A stretch of DNA of 63,219 nucleotides, the filler included, from Octopus bimaculoides (taxonomy: Eukaryota), in NCBI RefSeq assembly GCF_001194135.2. It is 6 parts of 5 records of this genome, joined end to end, with 100 filler letters (N's around TTAATTAATTAA, not from the genome) between each part and the next. Parts side by side here need not be neighbours in the genome. Positions count along the whole stretch, not along the records: positions 1 to 11,083 come from NW_026382376.1; positions 11,184 to 32,545 come from NC_068996.1; 4 more parts are not named here. One strand, written 5' to 3'. This document shows positions 1 through 11,184 of the stretch, piece by piece. Each line of letters begins with the position of its first letter. Position 1 is the first letter of the stretch. The position numbers and the translations under genes are program-made. The notes beneath the pieces are model-generated. The model worked only from the letters and a program-made list of their open reading frames with translations, had not been told where the DNA came from and did no database searches.

Positions 1-124
1 TATATATATACATATACATATATATACACATATCCATATATATATATATATACACATATATATATATATATATGTCTATATTTACATATATATACATACA
101 TGTATATGTCTATCCTGTTCTCTT

Positions 125-470
125 ATTTTGAAACTCTGATGATTCATCCGGCAAGCATCTTCATTTTATTGCCAGCTGGAAAGTTCATTACTCCTGTCGG
201 TGTCCAGGTTGTCCACTGATTTTGATTCAGGTATTGCAAGCCCTCCTGGACCAGTGCATCTGTCTGCTTTTCAGTGAGCTTCTTGGTTTGGTAGAACAGG
301 GTTTGGAATTTTCTAGCATTGAGCTGCATGTTATGTCCCTTAGCCCACCTGTATATTACATGCAGCTCCCATTGCAGATGCGCAACATCTCCAAGATTGT
401 GTATCCTCTGAGAGACTTTTGTATTGTATGCATAGCTAGCAAGGGAAAAGTCTGTGTATATATTTTGATT
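125..470 (-). mobile_element. Degenerate CR1/Jockey-like LINE reverse-transcriptase C-terminal fragment
   Basis: The minus strand reads ...VAHLQWELHVIYRWAKGHNMQLNARKFQTL..., matching the LQxDLxxIxxWAxxNxMxFNxxK segment that follows RT domain 5; it is frameshifted. Confidence 0.6.
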
Positions 471-1055
471 CCAATTGTTGGTGTGACCATGATGTTTCAG
501 TTATCTAATGAATGAGCTTTCTTTATTTACATTAATGTGTGAATATACAGTTATGTCGTACAATGCTGAGCATACATATTAATGTACACATAATTTCTTA
601 CATACTGAAATTAATACATGAAGGAGGTTGTAAAATGGCCATAATCCTATGGAAGTTACAAAGTTAAAACAATATCTTCATTAATAGGATTTTCTGGAAT
701 ACCAGTTACACTGACACTCTACATTACACTAATGAGGAGGAGAAGGAAAAGGCAACCCACACCCATATATCTAGGCACCACCAGCATCCTGTCCAGCCTT
801 CTAAATGAACTGGTGGTGCTGAAACTGATATTCTTTGACAACACCATATGTCCCACCTTGTTCAATAGCAACCTATCTTCCGGTAGCAATCTTGGACTTC
901 CCATATCTCTCCATTTGGAAATCTAAAACCTGAAATAGACGGGCTTCTGTTAGAGGCCTTTGAAAGTCTAAGTTACATGGAACCAAATCAAATTGTTTAA
1001 AATAAAATACACACACACACACACACACTAACATATATGCTTCCATATATATACA

Positions 1056-1094
<39 letters not shown>

Positions 1095-1096
<2 letters not shown>

Positions 1097-1268
1097 TCAT
1101 CATCACCATTTAACGTCCGCTTTCCATGCTAGAATGGGTTGGACGATTTGACTGAGGACTGGTGGACCAGGAGGCGACACCAGGCTCCAATCTGATTTGG
1201 CAGAGTTTCTACAGCTGAATGCCCTTCCTAATGCCAACCACTCCGAGAGTGTAGTGGGTGTTTTACAT
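1095..1268 (-). mobile_element. RTE-type 3' tail / SINE-like repeat ending in (GAT)n
   Basis: catcatcaccatttaacgtccgctttccatgctag...ctgaatgcccttcctaatgccaaccactccgagagtgtagtggg is near-identical to the copies at 46582 and 54264. Confidence 0.8.
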
Positions 1269-1364
1269 ATATACTTCCATATATATATACATATATGCTT
1301 ATATGTATTTATACATATATGTATAAATACACATGTATGCTTCCATGTATATACGTATTGATAT

Positions 1365-1810
1365 ATATGACCTCCTGCCCACAATTTCTTCCCTAACCCC
1401 ACCTCCCAACCTGGCTCATTCCCCTGCTTGCACATCCACCCTGCCACACTTGCCCCTACCTCTGCAACACCACCATCCTCACAAGCCCCCATCATCCCTA
1501 TCATATCACTGGCTCCTTTACCTGCACTTCTAGCAATGTCATTTACTGCATCTCCTGCTCTTTCTACCCTTCTCACTGTACATCGGTCAAATGGGACGCT
1601 GCTTGGCCGGCCAGTTCACAGAGCGCCTCTGAAACATTAAATTCGAATTGGCTCCAGTCTCACGCCATTTCCGCTCTACCGGTCATTCATTACAACACCT
1701 GTCTGTGTTTGGATTATCTTTGCACAGTGACCATCCGGACTCCCGTCTGTGCTGTGAACAGGAATTAATCTTCTCTCTTTGTGCCACATGGGCTCAACAC
1801 CTCTCCCTTC
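1365..1810 (+). mobile_element. Penelope-like element (PLE) GIY-YIG endonuclease remnant
   Basis: Frameshifted reading: PGSFPC...HITGSFTCTSSNVIYCISC...LYIGQMGRCLAGQFTE...PVSRHFRSTGHSLQHLSVFGL...EQELIFSL, with typical PLE Cys motifs and a YIG motif. Confidence 0.8.
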
Positions 1811-3187
1811 ACTCCTACCACCTTCTCTCTTCATTGATACCTCTCCATCCACACCCCACCTCTACACCACATCCTCACTCCAAACATACACCCCACCCTC
1901 ACATTCCCAACACCACACCACCCCTCACCACACACCATCATCTGCACACCAACACTATCATCCGCACAACCACACACTTACACATCATCATCCACATACT
2001 CACACACCATCATCTGCACACTCACACACCCACACATTACAAACGGACACATCCACACGTCAATGTTACTAGCCCCTATCCACACGCACACTAACACTCT
2101 CACATACACATGCACACACAACTTTGTTTTAGGATCACCAGTACTTTATTATCTCCCCTTCTTCCTAGCTCTCCCGTCCAACTACTTTTTTCCAAGCAGT
2201 CGCCATGATTGAGCGCTAAATCCACAAGTTTTTTTTTAATTCTCTCTCTGTTTATTTCCTCATGTTCCTTTCTGTTGAAGACCATAGGCTGGAAGCATAA
2301 AAGACTTTCTCACCTTCTTAAGTGTCAAACTAATACACCTGCTTGTTGTTTATACACCTGTCTTTGTCTTTTGTTTTTCTGTAAATTTCAACTCTCTCTC
2401 TGTCTGTCTGTATGTATGTATATATGCATGCATGCATGCATGCATGTATGTACACACACATGTGAAAATGTGTCAGTGGTGTTGTTTCTTACATATCTCA
2501 TGTTTGGAAACAAACACAAAGGAGAAACATACAGAAAGCAGCTAAAAAATGCATAAACTTCAAGAAATATTTTAAAATCATTGTAATTTACAGAGTTTAC
2601 AAGAAAACAATCAGAAAATTAGGGAGATGAAATTGCGAAACAACTATTACACAGTATTATAAATCTGCAGGGAAGAAAGCCCTAAATTATACATACCAAA
2701 TCAATTTACTGAATAATGTACTATTCAGTGATTTTGAAACTAAGTAAAAACAATACAACATAAGAGGAAAAAAGGGAGGTGAGAAGAGGAAATAACAATA
2801 GTACTTACCAGTATTGAAACTGTAACCGTTGTCATTAGTGCAAAATTACACTGAACTTCAGTTATGTAATGTAGTCATCCACATGGCTGATGTATAAGGT
2901 AAATCTTTCCTCTGAATTTCATTAAGAAAAGTATAATTACAAAGTTTCCTTTGTGATGTCCTAAAAATCAGGAAGTGGAATTCCGCAGAAAAGCTCTTGA
3001 TATCAGTCTCGCATAACATTTGCTTTGGCAGTGGCAATATCGACTATATTTCCAAGATACCTTCACACTTTCATATGACATTGAATAAAAGTTTCTTTTA
3101 GTGGACTTTTTTAATATTTTTAATATTGATTGGTTTACAGATTAAACTTTAAAATATTTTTGCTTCTTTCTAAGAGTAAAATAAGCA

Positions 3188-3257
3188 ATAATAATAATAA
3201 ATAATAATAGTAATAAATAATAATAATAATAATAAATAATAATAAATAATAATAATA

Positions 3258-3305
<48 letters not shown>
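3188..3305. repeat. (AAT)n microsatellite in the probable Kv1 3' UTR
   Basis: Directly visible AAT/AAAT run. Confidence 0.9.
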
Positions 3306-3306
<1 letters not shown>

Positions 3307-3626
3307 TTTACAAAATTTAAAATTTGGAAAGATAAAGAGATACTTTAAGGTGTTTTAACCTACACAAAAATAGAAGAAAATAAATTAAAAACATTAAAGA
3401 TCCACTTATTTGTTTTATCCTCAATCAGCAATAAAATCAACTGTACTTTTGGAGACTATTTCTTCAGAAGTTGTGATGGCAAGAAAATGCTTTTAATAAT
3501 AATAATAATTATTATTATTATTATCATTACTTTTATTATTATTACTAAACAGTAACCAATTTGAAGGTAATAATATCAACAATAAAGCAAATGGTAAGGG
3601 AAGCTTTCCTTGATAAGAGGCAGGTT

Positions 3627-5040
3627 TCATACATCAGTTTCAATACTGAGATTATTCATATTTAGGTTAGTGGGATTGTTAATTTTGGTAGCATGGTTTT
3701 CTTTGATTCTTTCATTAATGACACTACCCTCTTCCATCTCCATAATATCAGATCCATTTTCAGAAGTATATGAACTCCTTTTTTCTGGATAGTTTATTGC
3801 AGATGTAACATGGTGATATTTGTCTTTATCATCATTCTCTGTCTCTCTATGGTAAAAATAATTAAAATTGGAAACAATAACAGGAACAGGTAAAGCTATG
3901 GTTAATACACCAGCAATGGCACACAATGACCCTACCAATTTACCCCATACTCCAATGGGCCGCATATCACCATAGCCAACTGTTGTCATGGTGACTACAG
4001 CCCACCAAAAGGCGTCTGGAATACTTTTAAAATGTGTCTGCTCAGCATCAGCTTCAGCAAAATACACAGCACTAGAAAATAAAATGACCCCAATGAATAA
4101 AAAGAATATTAATAAGCCAAGTTCTCTCATACTAGCTTTCAATGTCTGACCAAGAATTTGTAAACCTTTTGAATGTCTTGAAAGCTTAAATATACGAAAA
4201 ACTCTAACTAATCTAATAACTCTAAGAATAGCCAGAGACATTGCCTGGTTGTTGCTCTTATTCTCATCTGCAATCACTGTACCTAATGTAATGAAATATG
4301 GAATGATAGCAACAATATCAATGAGATTCATTATGTTCTTAAAGAATCCTATTTTTTCAGGGCAAGATGCAAATCTCACCATAAGTTCTGATGTGAACCA
4401 TATTATGCAGCATGTTTCAATAATGAAAAAAGGTTCTCCAAATTTTGGTATATCATCTTCCTCGATTGTTTCATTTACAAGCCTGTAATGTTTGAATTCA
4501 GGCAAAGTTTCAAGGCAAAATATCACAATAGAAAGTAAAATTATTACCACAGAAAATATAGCTATCAGACGTGCAGCTGTAGAACTCTCTGGATACTCAA
4601 ATAGAAGCCATACACGACGTTGAAATTCATTTTCAGGAAGTGGACGTTCCTCTTCTTTAATAAATCCTTCATCATCACGATATTTTTCAATTGCTTCAGC
4701 ACCAAGTTCATAAAACTTAATTTCCTCTGAAAATACATCCAAAGGTACATTTACCGGTTTTCGTAACCGACCCCCACTTTGATAATAATAGAGTATTGCA
4801 TCGAAACTTGGACGGTTCCGATCAAAGAAATATTCATTTCGGAGAGGGTCATAGTAACGATTTCGTTTCTTGGGATTTCCCAGCAGAGTATCTGGAAACT
4901 GGGCAAGTGTTCTTAACTGTGTTTCAAATCGCAGTCCACTTACGTTGATGACAACACGTTCGCACCGTTCATAGTCACAGCCAGGAACCATTCCATCTTC
5001 AACATGGACATTGTCGTCCTCTGTGTGCTTGGGAAATGAC
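3627..5040 (-). CDS. Sh: Shaker-family (Kv1) voltage-gated potassium channel alpha subunit, main coding exon
   Basis: The 454-aa ORF (4991-3627) has the T1 domain ([15 protein letters not shown]...FFDRNRPSF), S1-S3, S4 [18 protein letters not shown]5, pore [10 protein letters not shown]6 PVPV and C-terminal PDZ ligand ETDV-stop. The frame stays open 16 codons plus 1 nt further upstream ([16 protein letters not shown]) to the acceptor ...ctacttccag|G at 5041/5040. Confidence 0.98.
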
Positions 5041-5167
5041 CTGGAAGTAGGAAGATTATAGAGGTAGAGAGTGAGTTGTATTTATTCATAAACTTTATCT
5101 TATATTGGAATTTGAGAATAATAGCATCAATGATTATGGATTTCTAATGAGTTAGTGATTGACTCAC

Positions 5168-5202
5168 AACATTTCTGACAGCAAAAAGTGACAAATGAAT
5201 AC
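5168..5202 (-). CDS. Sh: Candidate upstream Kv1 mini-exon supplying ATG-TT (N-terminus MLSFPKH...)
   Basis: Minus strand: gattacag|GTATTC...AGAAATGTT|gtgagt. The ATG is at 5172-5170 and the donor GTGAGT at 5167-5162. Its phase 2 matches the 5040 acceptor, giving a 127-nt intron. Confidence 0.55.
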
Positions 5203-5284
5203 CTGTAATCAGAGATATTTCAAAGTACACATGTATTTAATCAATTTTTAGATCCCTCAGTAATATACAACAAAAAATGAAAAT

Positions 5285-5420
5285 ATTCATCATTATCATT
5301 TTAAGAGCCACATATACATGCTCCCATTTTTCAGAGAGAGTTTATTGAGGCAGATTTTCTACAGCTGTATACCCTTCCCATCGTCAACTCTACCCCAACA
5401 CACACAAGTGAACTGGCATG
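5285..5420 (-). mobile_element. SINE-like 3' tail fragment
   Basis: Minus strand gggaagggtatacagctgtagaaaatctgcctcaa...cttaaaatgataatgatg resembles the plus-strand tails at 45600-45850. Confidence 0.55.
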
Positions 5421-5424
5421 AGAG

Positions 5425-6182
5425 CACTTGAGTGTTCTACATATGAACATGACTTTGATAACCTTACTATTATTCCACTGCACTACTTGTGTATCCATAG
5501 CTTGCATTGAGTACACTGTATGGAATTCCTGCCTTCACCTTTCCTACATAGCAAGCAGGGCCATTTACTTAGTGGGTAGAGTTCTGTCTGTTTTCTTGCT
5601 TACTAAAACCTTAGTATTTGCTATGCTAACCATAAGGTCGTTAGATTCCAGGTTTCGTTTCCACATCTGGAATTCCTCTTCTAGCTCTGATACAGAATTT
5701 GCTTTGAGAGCAGCATATAGCAGTTCCCAGCAACAGACAGTCTTGAATTCTGTTCCTACCTGTACACTAAATTCACCACTATATTCATGCTTCACTCTCA
5801 CTTTACAGACAGAGCCTCTGTACATGGCCTGTATAACTTACAAGAGTGACTTGTAAGACTTCCTCAAAGCCCACTATATCACACACAGGAGTACTCCATC
5901 AAAGGCTTTCTCAAGATCAACAAATGTTAAGAATAACAGTTTATTCTTTGCTAAATACTTCTCTTGCAGTTACCTGACAGTGAAAATCAAATTGGTAGTG
6001 CTTCGCCCCAGATCAAAACCAAACTGCATATCATCTAGTCTAATTTTTTCCTAGTTAATTGGGCTATAACTGTGTAATTTTCGTCAACTGGTTCAGTAAT
6101 TTCATGCCTCTATCATCAGCTGGTTCAGTAATTTGATGCCTTCTATATACAGCATCTCCCTTACCCTTGTAGCAGCTGACAT
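5425..6182 (-). mobile_element. RTE-clade LINE RT fragment (5' part, inverted relative to the adjacent 3' part)
   Basis: Reads SCYKGKGDA...YRGMKLLNQ...LDDMQFGF...FVDLEKAFD...MYRGSVCKVRV...WELLYA...TKVLVSKK...GRNSIQCTQCKLWIHK, with stops and deletions. Confidence 0.85.
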
Positions 6183-7068
6183 CAAGCCATGAAAACTCCA
6201 GATATTTGGGGAAATTGATTTTCTCGAATGCCCCAGAGGCTCAATAGAGGTAGTAGATCATTTCTGCTACCTAGGGAACCAATTAGTAGTGGAGGAGGAT
6301 GTACAGAAAATGTTATAGCTACAATAAGAATAGGATGGAGAAAATTCAGAGGGCTCTTACCTCTGTTGGCAACCAAAGGTCTCTCTCCCTCTCTCTGATT
6401 GAAAGGAAGATTGTATGATACATGTATACAAACAGCAATTCTACATGGAAGTCAGATGTGAGCCTTGCGTGCAGACGATATGCAAAGGCTAGAGAGGAAT
6501 GATGTAGGTTCCATTAAGTGTGCAATCTAGGAGTACATGTGTAACCGAGTGCTAGAATACTGAGAGAAAAGTTAGGCAAAAGAGACAGTGCGCAAGAGAG
6601 ACAACTGTGCTGGTTTGATTGTGTGTTGCAGATGGATGTCAACAGCTCCAAAAAGAAATGCTGATCACTCAAAGTAGATGGAACTCAGGGAAGAACGAGA
6701 CTCATGAAGACATAGGATGAAATACTAAAGAATGACTTCTGGACACTGGACCTTATGGAAAGGATGACAATCCTCCACAACAAAAGTGTTAATCCCACTC
6801 CCCCTGATGAAAAAGATTGGACTGCAAGAGCCCTATACAAGTGCCACATAAACAGCACATGTACTGGTGCCATGCAAGAACACACAAGCCATGTAACGTT
6901 TAAAGCACCTAGCACACACAGTTAAGTGGTTGGCATCATGAAGGGTATCCAGCAGTAGAAACCAGGTCTAATCAGATTGAGACCTGGGGCATCTCTCCTG
7001 CTTGCCAGCTCTGGTCAAACCATCCAACCCATGCTGGTGTGGGAAACAGATGTTAAAGGATGATGATA
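6183..7068 (+). mobile_element. RTE-clade LINE 3' fragment with 3' UTR and (GAT)n tail
   Basis: Reads IDFLECPRGSIEVVDHFCYLGNQISSGGGC...IRIGWRKFRGLLPLLATKGLS...KGRLYD, and ends ...aacccatgctggtgtgggaaacagatgttaaaggatgatgat. Confidence 0.85.
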
Positions 7069-7087
7069 TATATACACATATACATAC

Positions 7088-7171
<84 letters not shown>

Positions 7172-7228
7172 TATACAGAAACATATATATATGCACACAT
7201 ATAGATATATACACAAACATATATAATA

Positions 7229-7430
7229 TGGAGAGTGGCTGCATACCTTTCAAAAAGATAGACATCAGGCAGATGTGGCCAACAGTGCCACCTCCAAGGA
7301 AACACAAATAGCAAGTGGTGTTCCACAAGACACTGTCTTAGGGCCACTGCTATTCATAATCGCTCTCTCTGATATGCCCTCAGCTGCTCAGATAGCCACC
7401 CTTGCTAACTATGTAGATGACACAAAAGTA
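7229..7430 (+). mobile_element. CR1/Jockey-like LINE RT fragment (domains 4-5)
   Basis: Reads [32 protein letters not shown]...NYVDDTKV, matching the GVPQGSVLGP and YADD motifs. Confidence 0.85.
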
Positions 7431-7529
7431 TGTATTTAGAGTATGTATATATATTGCATATTGCCCATGTTACATGCAATTGAAGAATGAGACTTTTCTG
7501 TTATATTTTCTTTAAGGAACTGGAATAAC

Positions 7530-8109
7530 TATGATTTGAATTTCATCAAAATTGCAGATGTGGGGTCTTTCCTTCTTTACACACCCTAAAAAAATTCTAA
7601 TCATGAAACATGTATCTCATACTAATGATCTTTATGCGCATATTCCAAAATTTCAGTCTTCTGGAACCTGTAAAAAGGATTTTGCTCCTGAAAAATGGAG
7701 CTCATGGAGCTCTAAAATGTGGGAATGAAGGCCCCTATTGGGGATGGGTGTGTTAATGTCAACCAGAGAAGTTGAATTGTTGGGAATGTTTTTAACTTGG
7801 GTCTTATAGTATGCCTGTATATATGTGAAAGTATAGTTTCAGTATGAAATTGAAAGTATTTAAGTGAAAGTATCTGACATTACAGTAGCGGTATGTTATT
7901 GTTTCACTTTTGATACGTAATAATGAAATAGTGGAGGAGATATGATATTGGTGTGGGCTCGAACTATGCAAGAATTGAAAAAATTTTTGGGCCTAAGACA
8001 CTACATGGACCCTAAGTAAGGCATGTGTAAATTTAGAATGATATTGGTTATGTAGTTCTCGAGTTTTAGGGATTCACACAGACACACATTCTCATCTTTA
8101 TATATATAG

Positions 8110-8110
<1 letters not shown>
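7530..8110 (-). mobile_element. Non-autonomous Helitron-like element (5' end at 8110; 3' end not identified)
   Basis: The minus strand begins A|TCTATATATATAAAGATGAGAATGTGTG...CTAAAACTCGAGAAC. It shares a ~180-bp segment (7529-7712) with the neighbouring PIF1-bearing fragment (8520-8703). Confidence 0.55.
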
Positions 8111-8149
<39 letters not shown>

Positions 8150-8204
8150 CAATATAAATATATGAAAGTCAATGAAGTTTGGTAAAAAAAAAAGGTGACA
8201 CCTC

Positions 8205-8703
8205 GTAAACAATATTCCTTGTTGAGCATATGCAAATAGGTTTATTTTGCTTCCCACTCTTGAGCAGCCAACATACAGTTGTCCATGTGAGAAGCAGGGC
8301 TCTTCCAAGAGAAGACCAGCCACAGAGAGGGTTTGACCCTGAGATTTGTTAATGGACATGGCAAAAGTGACACAAAGGGGGAATTGCAGTCTTCTGAATG
8401 TAAAAGGAATGTCTGCTCCTGATGGAGTAAGAGGAATTCTTGGAATAAAGATGTCATCACCTTTTCCACATCCAGAAAGAATGGTAGCCTCGATAACGTG
8501 TGACATCATCTTCTTTATCCCTATGATTCAAATTTCATCAAAATTGCATATGAGGGTTCTTTCCTACTTTACACAGCTTAAAAAAATTCTAATCATGACA
8601 TACTTATCCCATACTACTGATATTTATGCACACATTCCAAAATTCCAGTTTTATGGACCCTGTAAAAAGGATTTTGCTCCTGAAAATGGAGCTCATGGAG
8701 CTG
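8205..8703 (-). mobile_element. Helitron fragment with C-terminal PIF1-like helicase
   Basis: Reads VIEATILSGCGKGDDIFIPRIPLTP...FRRLQFPLCVTFAMSINKSQGQTLSVAGL...FSHGQLYVGCSRVG (helicase motifs V-VI). Confidence 0.9.
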
Positions 8704-8769
8704 NNNNNNNNNNGGGTTTGTAAAAGAGAGCAAAACTACAGGAAACCAAAAGACGAATGATCACGATAA

Positions 8770-9010
8770 TCAGTCAGCTACCCTAGCCTAGTCGTTACTA
8801 CTCCCCAATGTAGGATTCCTCACCATACAGGTGACAGGCACAGCCGTAAGATGCATTACGGATCTGTAGCAATTGGAAGGGCATGACCCAATTGAAATAA
8901 CGTGTGACATTTGGAGTAAAGGGAAAAGAAAGTGTCGCCTCTGGAGTTTGCAAATGACCACTATATCGACAGGTAACTGGGCAGAAAAAATTTACAATCA
9001 ATAAATGTCT
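8770..9010 (-). mobile_element. Possible highly decayed PLE GIY-YIG remnant
   Basis: CPVTCRYSGHLQT...RNASYGCACHLYGEESYIGE resembles the PLE pattern CxxC...NxIYxIxCxxC...YIGE; the match is weak. Confidence 0.3.
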
Positions 9011-10458
9011 TAGAACAACCAGTCACTCATCTGGGAAGGCCTTGAAATCAATGTTACCAACTGGGGACTATGTATGACCCAGTGATAATAAAAAGACTGA
9101 AAAGGGGTCTGCAACGAAATAATTTTACTCAACACTTTGCAAGTGAATCAGTGGAGGCAAAGATGTGTCTCATTTACTTGACAATCTATGCACCACATTG
9201 CAGAAATCACAATGTAAGTATATCTGAAAGGATAGTCTTACACTGTTGTACCATTGAATTACAAATAATGCTCATCTGTTATGTTCGGGTGACCCTATAG
9301 CTTCCAATAGTACAACTGTATTCGTCTTTGCTTAGGAAAAATGACTAAATTGTGGGTGTGAAGTACCCATGAAGGGGTCTTTGTAACTTCTAAGAAGAAA
9401 TTTTAGAAATATTACTTTATTTGTGTNNNNNNNNNNNNNNNNNNNNNNNNNNNNNNNNNNNNNNNNNNNNNNNNNNNNNNNNNNNNNNNNNNNNNNNNNN
9501 NNNNNNNNNNNNNNNNNNNNNNNNNNNNNNNNNNNNNNNNNNNNNNNNNNNNNNNNNNNNNNNNNNNNNNNNNNNNNNNNNNNNNNNNNNNNNNNNNNNN
9601 NNNNNNNNNNNNNNNNNNNNNNNNNNNNNNNNNNNNNNNNNNNNNNNNNNNNNNNNNNNNNNNNNNNNNNNNNNNNNNNNNNNNNNNNNNNNNNNNNNNN
9701 NNNNNNNNNNNNNNNNNNNNNNNNNNNNNNNNNNNNNNNNNNNNNNNNNNNNNNNNNNNNNNNNNNNNNNNNNNNNNNNNNNNNNNNNNNNNNNNNNNNN
9801 NNNNNNNNNNNNNNNNNNNNNNNNNNNNNNNNNNNNNNNNNNNNNNNNNNNNNNNNNNNNNNNNNNNNNNNNNNNNNNNNNNNNNNNNNNNNNNNNNNNN
9901 NNNNNNNNNNNNNNNNNNNNNNNNNNNNNNNNNNNNNNNNNNNNNNNNNNNNNNNNNNNNNNNNNNNNNNNNNNNNNNNNNNNNNNNNNNNNNNNNNNNN
10001 NNNNNNNNNNNNNNNNNNNNATATATGTATCGATATCTGTATGCACATATATATGTGTACATATTACATGTACATCTATATATATATATATACATATATA
10101 GATATATATATATAAATATATATACATATATATATTAATATACGGATAATAACGCAAATTAATGGTAAAACAAGATACAGGATATTTTGTTGAGAAATAA
10201 TAATAACAATATGCAAGCTTACAAGGAGAAGAGCGGGTATATTTAGTTAAAGTTACTAATGGTACAAACACAACCAATGTAGCATTACTGGGAAGAAATT
10301 ACTTAACCAACTATAGAAGGGGAAATAGAAGACATGTGGCGATGGAGGCAGTAATAGATATTGTTTAAGATTATATTAAAGGATATTGTTCAGAGGACAT
10401 TTGGTAAAAAAAAAAAAAAAATAACAATAATAATAATAATAATACCTAAAAACTTAAA

Positions 10459-10870
10459 CTAGTAAGAAGGATGGAATTTATGATAATAAATGAAGGTATG
10501 TCTCTGCCAGTGCTTACATCGATATGCTTTCTGTGTTAACTGGTTTACTAGACGATTCTTGGAGAACAGAATATGGAAAAGCTCCAAGTTACAAAGAGGA
10601 CAAAAATCCTTATCTTTGTCATAGTGAACTGAAGTAGCCAGTATAGACCATTCCAAAGAGAATTGTTTACTGCAATCTTTCAGTTCCCAAATAAATTTAC
10701 TTAGGCCGGTGCTGTTAGCTTTATTCCTATCCCTAAATGAAGAATAATGGTTCAATATTCTCTTGGAGACCTGCATCGATGAGCTACCTACGTAAAACGA
10801 GACATCTGCGAAAGACATTACCTTAAATTAATAAATCACATTCTTGGTCTTGGCATTCGCACTTAAAAAC
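10459..10870 (-). mobile_element. PLE GIY-YIG endonuclease C-terminal remnant (second family)
   Basis: Reads KNVIY...FYVGSSS...NHYSSFRDRNKANSTGLSKFIWELKD...WSILA...CPLCNLE...LVN...RCKH, the typical marine-invertebrate PLE C-terminus. Confidence 0.85.
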
Positions 10871-11184
10871 TTACTTCAATTAGGATTTGATTCCGACATG
10901 CTAATCTTATTGTTGCTACAGATATTGTTATATTTACTAATATTGTATATACTACCTACATTAATACCTGAGTGTGTTAAATTATTGGAGTAATTATTAT
11001 TGTTATTGATATAAACATTACTATTATTATCAACATAACTGGGATGGCTGTCTAGAGATGAATCTAAAAACCTGAAATTATGGNNNNNNNNNNNNNNNNN
11101 NNNNNNNNNNNNNNNNNNNNNNNNNNNTTAATTAATTAANNNNNNNNNNNNNNNNNNNNNNNNNNNNNNNNNNNNNNNNNNNNA

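Noticed and set aside
9332-10277. Long ORFs through N runs (also 41063-42328, 43166-43928, 52540-53335)
   Set aside because: They are artefacts of translating gaps.
11084-11183. TTAATTAATTAA centred in 44 N + 12 + 44 N, repeated at 32590, 35241, 54591 and 59605
   Set aside because: The identical 100-nt layout with stops in all six frames marks an artificial scaffold linker, not biology. Order and distance across these joins are uncertain.
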